Shown: one piece after another, positions 9,201 through 17,728 of the stretch | How the letters are laid out: each line of letters starts with the position of its first letter | Numbering within the stretch: the stretch's first letter is position 1 | Assembly (NCBI GenBank): GCA_963836185.1 | Contig: CAWIIQ010000001.1 | Coordinates: forward strand, 288,001 to 352,000 | Length of the DNA: 64,000 bases | Direction: 5' to 3' | Origin: Candidatus Krumholzibacteriia bacterium | Lineage (GTDB): Bacteria > Krumholzibacteriota > Krumholzibacteriia > Krumholzibacteriales > Krumholzibacteriaceae | The notes under the pieces: model-generated | Told to the model about the DNA's origin: nothing | What the model saw: only the letters and a program-made list of their open reading frames with translations | Database searches by the model: none | Program-made: the position numbers and the translations under genes

Positions 9201-10527
9201 AGGCTGGACAAGGGGGCAGAATGTAAAGGGCCTGTTCCTCGACAACGGCACCGCGGTGGTCAGGGCGATTCGGATGTACCGGTTCAGAGAGTATGAGATG
9301 GACCTCGTCAGCCATATCACGATAGACGACAGGATAATCAGCGAGATGGAGGACCGGCTCAGGGTGGTGCCGTTCATGCCCCGCATCCATCTCGAACCGG
9401 CCTGGCTCGAGTCGACGACCGAGAGAAGCAGGCCGGAGGGCTGGTACATCCCGTATGCCAGTGAACTGGTCCTGCAGGCGAGGGGATGGTATTCCGGCAA
9501 ACCCCGCTGGGCCATATACAGGGCGAGCATGTATATACCCGCCGGCAAAGATATGCTCAACGTCCTTGTTCCCCTGATCCTGCTGATCCTTCTTCCTCTC
9601 GGGCTCTCGTTCTGGGGGGCTTACACGACATTCAAGAGGACGGCCAGGCCTCTGACACGCCTGCTGACAGGTATCAGGCGCGTGGGGCAGGGCGACCTCG
9701 AGTACCGACTCGGGGAGTCGGGACAGTCGGAGATAGGGCTCGCGGCCCGCTCGTTCGATACGATGGCGGCGAGTCTAGAGGAGACGATCGATGAGCTCGC
9801 CGCGAAGAAGAAGGTCGAGGAGGTAAGCGAGCTGAAGAGCCACTTCATCTCGATGGTGAGCCACGATCTGAAGACGCCGCTCTCATCGATAAAGGGAGCG
9901 ACCGAGAATATCCTCGAGGAAGTCGCCGGGCCGGTGACGGACCGCCAGCGCCGGTACCTGGAGATGATAATAAAAAGCAGCGGTGACCTTCAGAGGATGA
10001 TCACCGATCTGCTCGATCTGTCCCGTATCGAGAGCGGACGGCTGACACTCGATATAGAGCCGCTCGATATACGGCGCGAGGCGGAGGACCTGCTGCGCTC
10101 AATCGCTCCCCTGCTCGAGAGGGAGGAAATGACCGGTCTGCTGAAAATCACCGCGGAAGAGACGATCGTGCAGGGAGACAGGACGAGAGTATGGCAGATC
10201 CTCAACAATGTCGTCTCGAACGCCATCCGTCATTCGCCCGAGGGAGGGAGTGTCGAGATAAGGATAGATGATATCCAGGTCGATGAGACTGACGGCCGGC
10301 GAATGCTGCGGGTATCGGTCAGAGATGAGGGACCCGGTATCGATGATGAGGATGCGGCGAAGCTGTTCGAACCATTCTTCTACCGGTCGTCGGGAAGGGC
10401 AGGTGCCCACGGTGCCGGGCTAGGCCTCGCTATCGTCAAGCAGCTCGTCGAACTTCATGGTGGGTCAGTATCGCTGAAAAGCGCCATGGCAGGTGGCGCT
10501 GTCTTCTCCTTCACCCTTCCTGTCTGA
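6280..10527 (+). CDS. Sensor histidine kinase with extracytoplasmic FG-GAP/VCBS propeller, multiple TM segments, HAMP, HisKA and HATPase
   Basis: DIDGDG/DLDGDG/DVDGDG and GWP repeats (aa ~60-455); several hydrophobic TMs; HAMP ('RPLTRL...GDL..RL...EIGLAARSFDTM'); H-box SHDLKTPL; N-box NVVSNAIRHS; DEGPG; GAGLGL. Confidence 0.92.
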   Translation: MHSPTDHKIKRARSLWLSLAAFCIPAVIAVSILPGRGGTSSSPPSAAPDSLCRILPAGPRPVRNWPINLSNSIIFAPAVADIDGDGTDELAVGVKDCRVYLLEGNGRILPGWPCETAAFISRGTMMEDIDGDGEYEIAAGSNDGLLHMWREDGSIVEGWPVDLGGSAASAPIPIRSERLEGTSILVCNSPGTVHLLSPAGIDRDGWPKRLPQSIQATHSDRRPAWAVDLDGDGTAEVICQTTRPPVIHAWYLSGDEYPGFPIELGEDPVIGMAVNDNSDPGRIASLTAFEVFLRNLDNGNVISLSPVSEKDVFFAGPWFVSSGEGGDAKPDLILASTMKGRVYMWDLDGRLKTGWPVDTDGFIYGLREDQENHEIFGPPIMADVDGDGRNEIILGSRDHHLYCFELDGAPVPGWPVVLDDFIFNALTLAQLDGKGAEELVVGQAGETLFAWHLDPFRPVREAGGSPEPRAYSEWPPVYYTVALFILLMLLLLMHLLRMELTGHFDSTGRRLRGALIFFSLFLVIRALFFAGDLYRYRTVIDRLEKAETAVRTKLETERVEAQKLTDKLAVDLRACRPENLLDPHRALRCLERLADRNRLEYRFSGILMADRSGRVIRGVGLGRGWFHLSEMGLEEGGAEDPVLLGDIPVFATESGVGLSGGQDTLRVFLLTSLLNKVPNSLADATGFSAHILVDGMPMAWGGAGPRPFRSLRPWLGIVQPSREMSIARSQDQHEVTVLLAKEDFDRPFSQWLDLMAVLIMPCIYLFVARWQGSKGKVRLKYWWIISFALLYVIASVLLHRGRLDAGPVPAAGRVLEVLLHMAGVTGVVVALHRIVTSRRSRRLNFALLGSYLFVSLIPLTVIMIVGGNLFLGVQRGVVEKTIEGLEKRADNMVLAYVGNMGFNNLLGKAGPELFELSTETSWLNFVAENQYLFTYDLPSAYITLWASDRNDPDRFFTGYSYTAPRTGKLYYKRPGWTRGQNVKGLFLDNGTAVVRAIRMYRFREYEMDLVSHITIDDRIISEMEDRLRVVPFMPRIHLEPAWLESTTERSRPEGWYIPYASELVLQARGWYSGKPRWAIYRASMYIPAGKDMLNVLVPLILLILLPLGLSFWGAYTTFKRTARPLTRLLTGIRRVGQGDLEYRLGESGQSEIGLAARSFDTMAASLEETIDELAAKKKVEEVSELKSHFISMVSHDLKTPLSSIKGATENILEEVAGPVTDRQRRYLEMIIKSSGDLQRMITDLLDLSRIESGRLTLDIEPLDIRREAEDLLRSIAPLLEREEMTGLLKITAEETIVQGDRTRVWQILNNVVSNAIRHSPEGGSVEIRIDDIQVDETDGRRMLRVSVRDEGPGIDDEDAAKLFEPFFYRSSGRAGAHGAGLGLAIVKQLVELHGGSVSLKSAMAGGAVFSFTLPV

Positions 10528-10584
10528 ACAGGGCTTTTCCCTAAAAAAAGGTGTACATCCGGGTTGCGATAGAGGCATAATCGC

Positions 10585-10722
10585 TGCGCATAAATTGCGC
10601 GGCAAGTGGATGGAAGATTGCCGTAAAATCGCGATACGTGAAATACCTTGGATGACAACTGACTTATTGACAGCATGTTATAAAAGCAGTCCGGCTGATG
10701 TCGTGATGGTATGCTATGTGCA
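10585..10722 (+). promoter_or_regulatory. Putative enhancer site plus sigma54 promoter of the response regulator
   Basis: TGCGCA-TAAAT-TGCGCG at 10585-10601; TGGTATGCTATGTGCA at 10707-10722 (GG-N10-GC). Confidence 0.65.
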
Positions 10723-10774
10723 GTATATGTGAGTTCGATTCCATGGAAATCATGACGGAACGGATGTCAGCAAG

Positions 10775-12148
10775 ATGCCTGAAAAAGGGATAAACGGAGC
10801 GGCACGGATACTCGTCGTCGAGGACGATGAGAGTCTGCGGATGATCATAACCGACCGCCTCGCCGATATGGGATACCGGGTAAGCCAGGCCTCGAGTCTC
10901 AGGGAGGCTTTCGAGGAACTCGACAGGGAGAGCTGCCAGCTTGTTCTGCTCGATATTTTCCTGCCCGATCAGAGCGGGCTCGAGGGGCTGAAAGAGATGC
11001 GCGGCATATTCCCGTCAATGCCGGTGCTCGTCATGACCGCTCACGGAACGATCGACATGGCGGTCGAGGCTATGAGGGAAGGCGCCTACGAGTTCGTCAC
11101 AAAGCCGCTCGATTTCAAGCGCCTCGGGGTCCTCGTTCAGAGGGCGATCGAGAGCTTCCAGCTCAGGACAGAGGTAGATTATCTCAGGCGCGCGGCCGAT
11201 GAGCCTTTTACCCTGATAGTCGGCGAGAGGACAGGGTTGAGAAGCGTCATGGAACTTGTCCGGCAGGTTGCTGATTCCGACTCGACAGTACTTCTGCGTG
11301 GAGAGACCGGGACGGGGAAGGAAGTGGTCGCCAGAAAGATATGCAGGCTCTCCAAAAGGGGGAAAAAGCCGTTTGTCGTGGCGAACAGCGCGGCGATTCC
11401 GAGGGACCTGATGGAGAGCGAGATGTTCGGCCACGTCAAGGGTTCCTTCACCGGCGCTATCGCAGACAGGGCCGGGGTCTTTGAGACTGCCGGCGACGGT
11501 ACCCTTCTACTCGACGAGATAGGCGATCTCGATTACAACCTGCAGGCAAAGATCCTCAGGGTCCTCGAGGATGGTTCATTCAGGAGGATCGGGGCGAAGG
11601 CGCCGCAGAGCAGCCGGGCCCGGATACTTGCTTCGACCCATCAGAACCTTGAAAGACTGATCGAGGAGAAACGTTTCAGGGAGGACCTTTACTATCGTCT
11701 CAATGTATTTCCGATCACGATCCCACCTCTGCGCCACAGGCGTGAGGACATCCCCGATTTCGCGAAATTCTTCCTGCAGCTCGCTACGAGGGGCGGCCGT
11801 GGCGGATTGACGGAGATCAGCGATGACGCGATCGACGTGCTGGTCGATTATCCATGGCCGGGAAATGTGCGCGAGTTGAAGAACCTGATGGAACGGCTCG
11901 CGATTACGATGTCGGGGCGCACGATAAAAGCCGATGATGCCAGGACGTATCTCGGGCAGGCGAGGATCGCAAAGCCGGAGATCGTGGTGCGGCCCATGGT
12001 AGAACTAGAAAAACAGGCGATCATCGAGGCGCTCGACAAGTACAACGGCAATCGTACCATAGCCGCCGCAGCTCTCGGAATCAGCAGGCGCACACTTCAG
12101 AACAAGCTCAAGTCGTACGGCATGCCCGATTACGGAAACACCGGTTGA
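10775..12148 (+). CDS. sigma54-dependent NtrC/AtoC-family response regulator (REC-AAA+-Fis HTH)
   Basis: Receiver 'VVEDD...LLDIFLP'; Walker A GETGTGKE; GSFTGA loop; Walker B LLDEIG; RFREDLYYRL; WPGNVREL; HTH 'AAAALGISRRTLQNKL'. Confidence 0.95.
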   Translation: MPEKGINGAARILVVEDDESLRMIITDRLADMGYRVSQASSLREAFEELDRESCQLVLLDIFLPDQSGLEGLKEMRGIFPSMPVLVMTAHGTIDMAVEAMREGAYEFVTKPLDFKRLGVLVQRAIESFQLRTEVDYLRRAADEPFTLIVGERTGLRSVMELVRQVADSDSTVLLRGETGTGKEVVARKICRLSKRGKKPFVVANSAAIPRDLMESEMFGHVKGSFTGAIADRAGVFETAGDGTLLLDEIGDLDYNLQAKILRVLEDGSFRRIGAKAPQSSRARILASTHQNLERLIEEKRFREDLYYRLNVFPITIPPLRHRREDIPDFAKFFLQLATRGGRGGLTEISDDAIDVLVDYPWPGNVRELKNLMERLAITMSGRTIKADDARTYLGQARIAKPEIVVRPMVELEKQAIIEALDKYNGNRTIAAAALGISRRTLQNKLKSYGMPDYGNTG

Positions 12149-12180
12149 CATATATCACAGCTCTGTAAACAGGCGTTAAC

Positions 12181-12218
12181 TGCGCAGATGTTGCGCATTA
12201 GTGCGTATATTCTGCGCA
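12181..12218. promoter_or_regulatory. Tandem palindromic enhancer-binding-protein sites (UAS)
   Basis: TGCGCA-GATGT-TGCGCA (12181-97) and TGCGTA-TATTC-TGCGCA (12202-18), 21 bp apart. Confidence 0.7.
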
Positions 12219-12252
12219 CCATTTCACCCCTCCAGCCGGATGCCCATATAGT

Positions 12253-12265
12253 TAATACATTGATA
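12253..12265 (-). promoter_or_regulatory. IHF binding site
   Basis: Minus strand TATCAATGTATTA is an exact WATCAA-N4-TTR match, located between the UAS and the sigma54 promoter. Confidence 0.65.
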
Positions 12266-12303
12266 ACAAATCGGTTAACATCTTGTGAAACTCTTGCTGT
12301 TTT

Positions 12304-12319
12304 TGGAACGAAGGATGCA
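12304..12319 (+). promoter_or_regulatory. sigma54 (-24/-12) promoter
   Basis: TGGAACGAAGGATGCA: GG at 12305-06, GC at 12317-18, exact N10 spacing. Confidence 0.65.
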
Positions 12320-12329
12320 TATACAGTAT

Positions 12330-12458
12330 TGCCAGCAAAGTGCGAACCGGGGGGGATACTTGGTTTGCAATATACTCTTGCTAAGATAAGCGGAAGAGGT
12401 GAGCACCGGGGTTGTTGTGGAATGGCCGGGTACCTGCAATGGGACCCGGCCTTTCTTT
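12330..12458 (+). ncRNA. Putative sigma54-dependent small RNA (~130 nt)
   Basis: Lies between the sigma54 promoter and an intrinsic terminator with no credible ORF. Hairpins GCGAACCGG/TTGGTTTGC (loop GGGGGATAC) and CTCTTGCT/AGC-GG-AAGAG. Confidence 0.55.
12424..12458 (+). terminator. Rho-independent terminator
   Basis: GGCCGGGT-ACCTGCAATGGG-ACCCGGCC followed by TTTCTTT; U-tract only on the + strand. Confidence 0.75.
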
Positions 12459-12507
12459 GTCTCATCGCCGGCATTGCCGGTCGACCCGTCATCTGATCAT
12501 TTCACGA

Positions 12508-14934
12508 TCACCTCAACAGGATCATCTTCTTCGTCTCTTCGAAATCACCCGCACGCAGCCTGTAGAAGTAGACGCCGCTGGCCGTGTCTGTCCCGTTCCG
12601 GTCCTTTCCGTTCCATGCGGCGGCGTACTTACCGGCAGACCTCGATCCGTCGATAAGTGTCGCGACGAGTCTTCCCGCCGCATCGTAAATGCTCAGCCTC
12701 ACATGTCCCTTCTTTTTGAGACCGAACGTGATAATCGTGTTCGGGTTGAACGGGTTGGGATAGTTTTGCGCGAGGAATGTCGCTTCGGGCACGGGCATCG
12801 GGTCGCCGCCGGTGACATCGGAAGGTCCTGTCATGGCGAAAGGTCCCTCGTTGCCATGGATATCGACGGCATTGATCTTGTACCAGTACCCTGCTTCCCA
12901 TGTCCAGTCATCGTCGAACAGTTCCTCTTCTTTGGTCGATGTAAGATAGTTTCCCGGTGCGGGGACGAAATCGCTCGAGGTCCCCCGGTAGATGCTGTAG
13001 GCGATGACATCTTCTTCTTCGTTCGGATCCCAGGTCAGCGCCATTCCTTCCGGCGAAAATGACTGTGTGCCGGCCAGGCCTGTCGGCGCGAGTGGGGCGA
13101 GGTTGTCGACCGAGTACCCACTGTCCGGATCTGATATCCAGAAGAGATAAGGATCGGCAGTGTGCGCTATCACCTGGAAATAATGCAGGTCCCAGGCAAC
13201 GGCGGTTGAGTCGAAAAGGGTCTCGGCTGCGTAGGAATACTGCTCCAGGTAATAGGCGGGAGCGATGCCGACAAGCTGCCAGTAGAATTCGTCGTCGTAA
13301 AGTGTCGAAGATCTGAGCACGGGGCGGTCGATCTCCCCCGGATTAAGCCCGGACAGTTCAGCCGGGCTGCCGAGAAGATGCGCTCCTTTCTCGATCATAG
13401 TCAGCGCGGGCGGCAGTTCGATGGCTCGCCATATAGTGTATTCAGTTATCATGTGTGCGAGTACATCGGCTGGTGACGCGTCCCAGGCTACGACTACGCG
13501 GCCGCCTTCATCACCCGGAACATCGGTCACTGAGTGGATGGCGGGCGGCCGGTTCGCGGTCCTTCCGGATGCATCTATCTGCTGGATGTAGAGATCTTCA
13601 TTGCCGTTTCTTTCATCCACCCACAGTATTATCGCACCGCCTCCGCCGTCACCGGTCAGCTTCGGAATCTTCTGATTCCCGACCGACGTGCATACAGCGA
13701 CACCGTTCATGGTCCAGCGAACAGTTCCCGAAGCGTCGATCCGCTGAGCATAGATGTCATCATCGCTGTTTCTCTCATCGTGCCATGTCAGGATGGCTCC
13801 CCCGGCATCGTCCGATATGATCTGGATGGTATTCTGGGTGCCTGGATCCGTACATACGGGGACTCCATCGGCGGTCCACAGGGACGTTCCCGAAGAATTG
13901 ATCCGCTGTACATAAACGTCATTGTTCCCGTTTCGGTAGTCCTGCCATGTCACGATCGCTCCGTTTGCTCCATCGGAAACGAGATATGTGATCGACTGGT
14001 GAAGTGGTGCTCCGGACACCAGGACTCCATCAGTTGCCCAGAGCACGGTGCCTGCCGCATCGAATCGTTGAGCATAGACGTCATAGGTATAGGAACGATA
14101 ATCATGCCAAACGACGATCGCTCCATCGACTCCATCCGATATTACCTGAGGGGAGAACTGGTTATGATTTGCCGTGCATACGGGGACGCCGGCAGCTCCC
14201 CACTGGATGGTCCCGTTGAAATCGATCCGTTGAATATAGAGATCCTGGTACGATGCCGGGCGCTGGTCCTCCCAGACGATAAATGCACCTCCAGCGCCAT
14301 CAGGCCCTATCTGTATTTTAAACTGTCCCGAGGGGTCAGAGCATATTTGAACGCCGTTCAATGTCCATTGAGGTGCACCGGATTCGTTTAACCTCTGTGC
14401 ATACGCTCTGTAATATCCGTTTCTCCAGTCATGCCATACTATGATCGCCCCGCCCTGCGTATCTGAGATGATCAAAGGCGTTTTCTGGTTCCCGGTGATA
14501 GTACACACAGGAAGCCCGACAGCGGTCCACAGCATGTTACCCTGGCCGTCGATTCTCTGGGCGTATATGTCGATATCACTGTTCCTGGTGTCCTCCCATG
14601 TGACGATCGCTCCGTCAACTCCATCCCTGATGACCTGGGGGTAATTCTGGCTCAGGCTCGCTGTGCTGAGTATGATGCCGTCAGCCGTCCACAGGGCATT
14701 TCCCCCGGCATCGATCCGTTGGATATATACATCGTTGTTGACCCCGGCCCTTTCGTCGTACCAGACAGCGAACGCTCCCGCTGCCCCGTCAGGGGCCACT
14801 TGCTGGGTATTCTGGTCATTGATCGCTGTACAGACCGGTGTTCCCTGGTCGGTCCAGAATGCATGCAGCGACGGCATGGCGACCAGTGATGAAAAGAGAA
14901 TGACAAGGAACAGAGTCCTGGATGTCCTGCTCAT
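12508..14934 (-). CDS. Secreted beta-propeller repeat protein with T9SS/FlgD-Ig CTD (paralog 2)
   Basis: Start MSRTSR (GAAGGAGG SD); same repeats, DVPGDEGG/DSGYSVDNLAP module and 'QNYPNPFNP...KKMILLR'. Confidence 0.88.
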   Translation of the reverse strand: MSRTSRTLFLVILFSSLVAMPSLHAFWTDQGTPVCTAINDQNTQQVAPDGAAGAFAVWYDERAGVNNDVYIQRIDAGGNALWTADGIILSTASLSQNYPQVIRDGVDGAIVTWEDTRNSDIDIYAQRIDGQGNMLWTAVGLPVCTITGNQKTPLIISDTQGGAIIVWHDWRNGYYRAYAQRLNESGAPQWTLNGVQICSDPSGQFKIQIGPDGAGGAFIVWEDQRPASYQDLYIQRIDFNGTIQWGAAGVPVCTANHNQFSPQVISDGVDGAIVVWHDYRSYTYDVYAQRFDAAGTVLWATDGVLVSGAPLHQSITYLVSDGANGAIVTWQDYRNGNNDVYVQRINSSGTSLWTADGVPVCTDPGTQNTIQIISDDAGGAILTWHDERNSDDDIYAQRIDASGTVRWTMNGVAVCTSVGNQKIPKLTGDGGGGAIILWVDERNGNEDLYIQQIDASGRTANRPPAIHSVTDVPGDEGGRVVVAWDASPADVLAHMITEYTIWRAIELPPALTMIEKGAHLLGSPAELSGLNPGEIDRPVLRSSTLYDDEFYWQLVGIAPAYYLEQYSYAAETLFDSTAVAWDLHYFQVIAHTADPYLFWISDPDSGYSVDNLAPLAPTGLAGTQSFSPEGMALTWDPNEEEDVIAYSIYRGTSSDFVPAPGNYLTSTKEEELFDDDWTWEAGYWYKINAVDIHGNEGPFAMTGPSDVTGGDPMPVPEATFLAQNYPNPFNPNTIITFGLKKKGHVRLSIYDAAGRLVATLIDGSRSAGKYAAAWNGKDRNGTDTASGVYFYRLRAGDFEETKKMILLR

Positions 14935-15068
14935 GACAGTTCCTCCTTCAGAAGATGGATATAAGAGATCCCTGAGCGGGTAAAACGACAAAAGACAGCC
15001 GATTCACAGCCGGACCTCCTTGAGAAGAACGAGTTATTTTTGAAATTTGTCCCGTAGTATTCAACTGG

Positions 15069-15097
15069 ATTATATCACAGATCTTTACAGAATTCAA
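15069..15097 (-). promoter_or_regulatory. sigma70-type promoter
   Basis: TTGAAT-N17-TATAAT with extended -10 TG. Confidence 0.6.
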
Positions 15098-15133
15098 AGA
15101 ATCGCCGGGACCCTTGAGCAGGATCCCGGCGAT
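15095..15133 (-). terminator. Rho-independent terminator
   Basis: ATCGCCGGGA...TCCCGGCGAT stem followed by TCTTT on the minus strand, just after the 15165 gene. Confidence 0.65.
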
Positions 15134-15164
15134 ATGGTTATTCAGCCTTTTCTTTCCGCCGTGA

Positions 15165-17450
15165 TCATCTCAACAGGATCATCTTCGCCGACGAGCGGGT
15201 GTCATCCGCCAAGAACCTGCAGAAGTAGACCCCGCTCGAGACGCTGCTGCCCTTGTCGTCGAGGCCGTCCCACGAGATCGTGTGAGTGCCTGCTTCTGTC
15301 ATCTTTGCGTTGAGCAGCGTCCGGATCCGCCGGCCGGCTGCGTCATACACGGCAAGGGTGACCGGTCCGTCCTTTTCGATCGAGTAGACGATCGTCGTCG
15401 CCGGGTTGAACGGGTTGGGGTAGGTCCCCCGCAGGCCGGTTTTCACTTTCGGAGTCGCGGGATCCGTATCCGTGGTCGGATCGGTCAGCAGGACCATCCT
15501 CAGGTCGCGGCACGTGATGCCCTGGTGGTTCGTCGTGATGACCTCCATCAGGTACAGACCGGGCATGAATCCGTGCGTATCCCAGTGCAAGGTGTCAACG
15601 AGGCCGTTGCCGCGGACCGGGCCTGCATCTACGGGCGTCCAGTGAGGATCGAGCGAAGGAGCGCCGGGAGCGCGGCTGATGCCGGAGCTGCCGCTGCTTC
15701 CTCCCTCGGGTGGCGATACCTTGATGTACCCGGCGATAACAGCGTCGCCGCCGGCGCCGTCGAGATCGTATCCCTTGGTAGTAGGATTCCCGTTGGCGTC
15801 TTCACCGACTTCATACTTGTTGTCGGCGGTGCTTCCGCCTCCCCAGGGATCCATGAAATCGATATGCTGCTTGGTGCTGTCGCCTACTCCGTATGTCGTC
15901 TGCTCCCTCGATCCGAGCGTTACCCAGTGTCCGATCGTATCTCCCGCTCCAGGGCCGGATGTCGTCGTGTCCTGCAGCAGCACGAGCACGTCCTCGCTGT
16001 CCGCCTCGAATTCGCGGAACATCTCACCGAGGTCGGTATCGCTCTCGACGGGATGGCTGCTGACTCCCCAGCCGCTCTGTCCATGGCCCTCGAGGTATTT
16101 CTCTATACCGGATACCATGCCGTCGCTGGAGGTGCCCGTATCCTTGTCCGTGCCCATCGCTCCCTGGAGCTCCTTGGCGATGTCTTCGCCGCTCTGCTCG
16201 GGCTTGGACTCGTCTCCGCCGGGATTGTCCAACCCGGGGTATCCGTTGTCGGCGAAATATTTCAGGCAGGACGCCGCTGAAGCGGGACCGCACGAGGTCG
16301 AATCCTTGTCTGTCCCGAGCCCGAGCTGATCTACGGGCGTCAGGGTTCTCTGGAACGATGTGGTGAGTGTGAATACCTGCAGCTCGGCCGATCCGGGCTC
16401 CGGGAGCTCGTCATCGAGCTTGAATGTGATATCGAAGAACGAATCGACGCTGTATGCCCAGATCGTATCCTCCGGGCCGGTGAAGGCCGGGATCGGTGGG
16501 GTGGGATCGATCCATACGACGATGGTATCCCTGAAGAATCCACCATGAAAAGGCGCGTTGAACTCCACCCTGCACTCGGCGACCTGGCCCTCGAAGGGCT
16601 CTGAGCCCGGCTCGAAGTATCCGCACCAGCCGTCGCCCTCGCCGACCGGATTGATCGTGGAGGCATCTGTTCCCTCGCCGCTGTAGTCCATGTAGAACAC
16701 CGTGAACGGGTCCAGGCTCCCGAGGGGCCTGTAACCGAACTCGGCGTATTCGATATCCTCGTCGTCTATGCCGTTGAGCGAGGCGGGGAACTCGATCAGC
16801 CCGTCTTCGTTTATCAGCGCGACCTCTGATTTATACGCCATCGGACAGGTAATGTGTGCCTCAGGAGGGTAGTACGGGAGAAAATCCACATGCCATTCAA
16901 GGATAGCGGCGACCTCGATCCCGCCTTCGTTGTAAAGGAGGATGGGCGGCCCCATGTATTCGTACCTGGAGAAATAGGGCGGGAACTGTTCGATGATGCT
17001 CGTCAAATGCATCGGTTCGTAATTTATCAGTAGCTGACCCGGCAAGTGCTCAGGCAGCTCGATCTCGTACATCACGTCGAAGAAAGATTCGGCGGGGAAG
17101 TCGATACCGGGCGTGATGCCTCGAACAGAGCCGGGTGAAGCGGGGCCGGGATTCCTGCGGACGGCTATGTTGCCGTCTACCAGGTCCATCGCTATTATCT
17201 CGGTGTCGATCATGACGTGTCCGTCGGGATCGAGATAGGGAGGGGAATAGTCGATCACGCAAGGCCCCAGGACGTCCGAGAATTCGACGGGGCCGTACCC
17301 GTACACTTCGACAACGACGGTCCGCAGACCTTTCTGTATGAGGATCGGTTCGGCGAATGCCGAGGTGGCCGAAAGCAGGCTGATCAGAATAACAGCGGTG
17401 ATCAGGCCGACGGCCACCTTTGATGGCGGGGCGGATTTAAGGTGTGACAA
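15165..17450 (-). CDS. Secreted papain/C39-like cysteine peptidase with T9SS/FlgD-Ig CTD
   Basis: TTG start with AGGAGG SD; 'DQL...SCGPASAASCLKYF' (Cys), 'GHWVTL' (His), 'FMDPW' (Asp); 'PNPFNP...SGVYF...KMILLR'. Confidence 0.7.
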   Translation of the reverse strand: MSHLKSAPPSKVAVGLITAVILISLLSATSAFAEPILIQKGLRTVVVEVYGYGPVEFSDVLGPCVIDYSPPYLDPDGHVMIDTEIIAMDLVDGNIAVRRNPGPASPGSVRGITPGIDFPAESFFDVMYEIELPEHLPGQLLINYEPMHLTSIIEQFPPYFSRYEYMGPPILLYNEGGIEVAAILEWHVDFLPYYPPEAHITCPMAYKSEVALINEDGLIEFPASLNGIDDEDIEYAEFGYRPLGSLDPFTVFYMDYSGEGTDASTINPVGEGDGWCGYFEPGSEPFEGQVAECRVEFNAPFHGGFFRDTIVVWIDPTPPIPAFTGPEDTIWAYSVDSFFDITFKLDDELPEPGSAELQVFTLTTSFQRTLTPVDQLGLGTDKDSTSCGPASAASCLKYFADNGYPGLDNPGGDESKPEQSGEDIAKELQGAMGTDKDTGTSSDGMVSGIEKYLEGHGQSGWGVSSHPVESDTDLGEMFREFEADSEDVLVLLQDTTTSGPGAGDTIGHWVTLGSREQTTYGVGDSTKQHIDFMDPWGGGSTADNKYEVGEDANGNPTTKGYDLDGAGGDAVIAGYIKVSPPEGGSSGSSGISRAPGAPSLDPHWTPVDAGPVRGNGLVDTLHWDTHGFMPGLYLMEVITTNHQGITCRDLRMVLLTDPTTDTDPATPKVKTGLRGTYPNPFNPATTIVYSIEKDGPVTLAVYDAAGRRIRTLLNAKMTEAGTHTISWDGLDDKGSSVSSGVYFCRFLADDTRSSAKMILLR

Positions 17451-17728
17451 GGGAACACCTCCTGTTTCAAGACACGAACCAGGGGCGCCGCCATAGATAA
17501 ACGGGCGAGAATAGACGGACCGCTATACGGTCAATCATTACAATATTAAGACAGCGAATTTTCCCCTGAGTCCTCTAGTGACGGAAATAGTAACACAGAA
17601 GGGGCTGGTTTTCAAGGAATCAGTCCACCGCCAGGCCCGGAGATCCTCTCCGGCAGACATTGTTGGTGAAAGACGGGTGCGCTTCTGGTATAATAAATGG
17701 ACTACTCACAACTAGGGGGAGGGTTCTC

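Noticed and set aside
12188-13062. ORFs 12188-12496, 12399-12656 and 12412-13062 as the sigma54 target
   Set aside because: They span the promoter or run through the terminator into the antisense strand of the next gene, and have no recognisable motifs.
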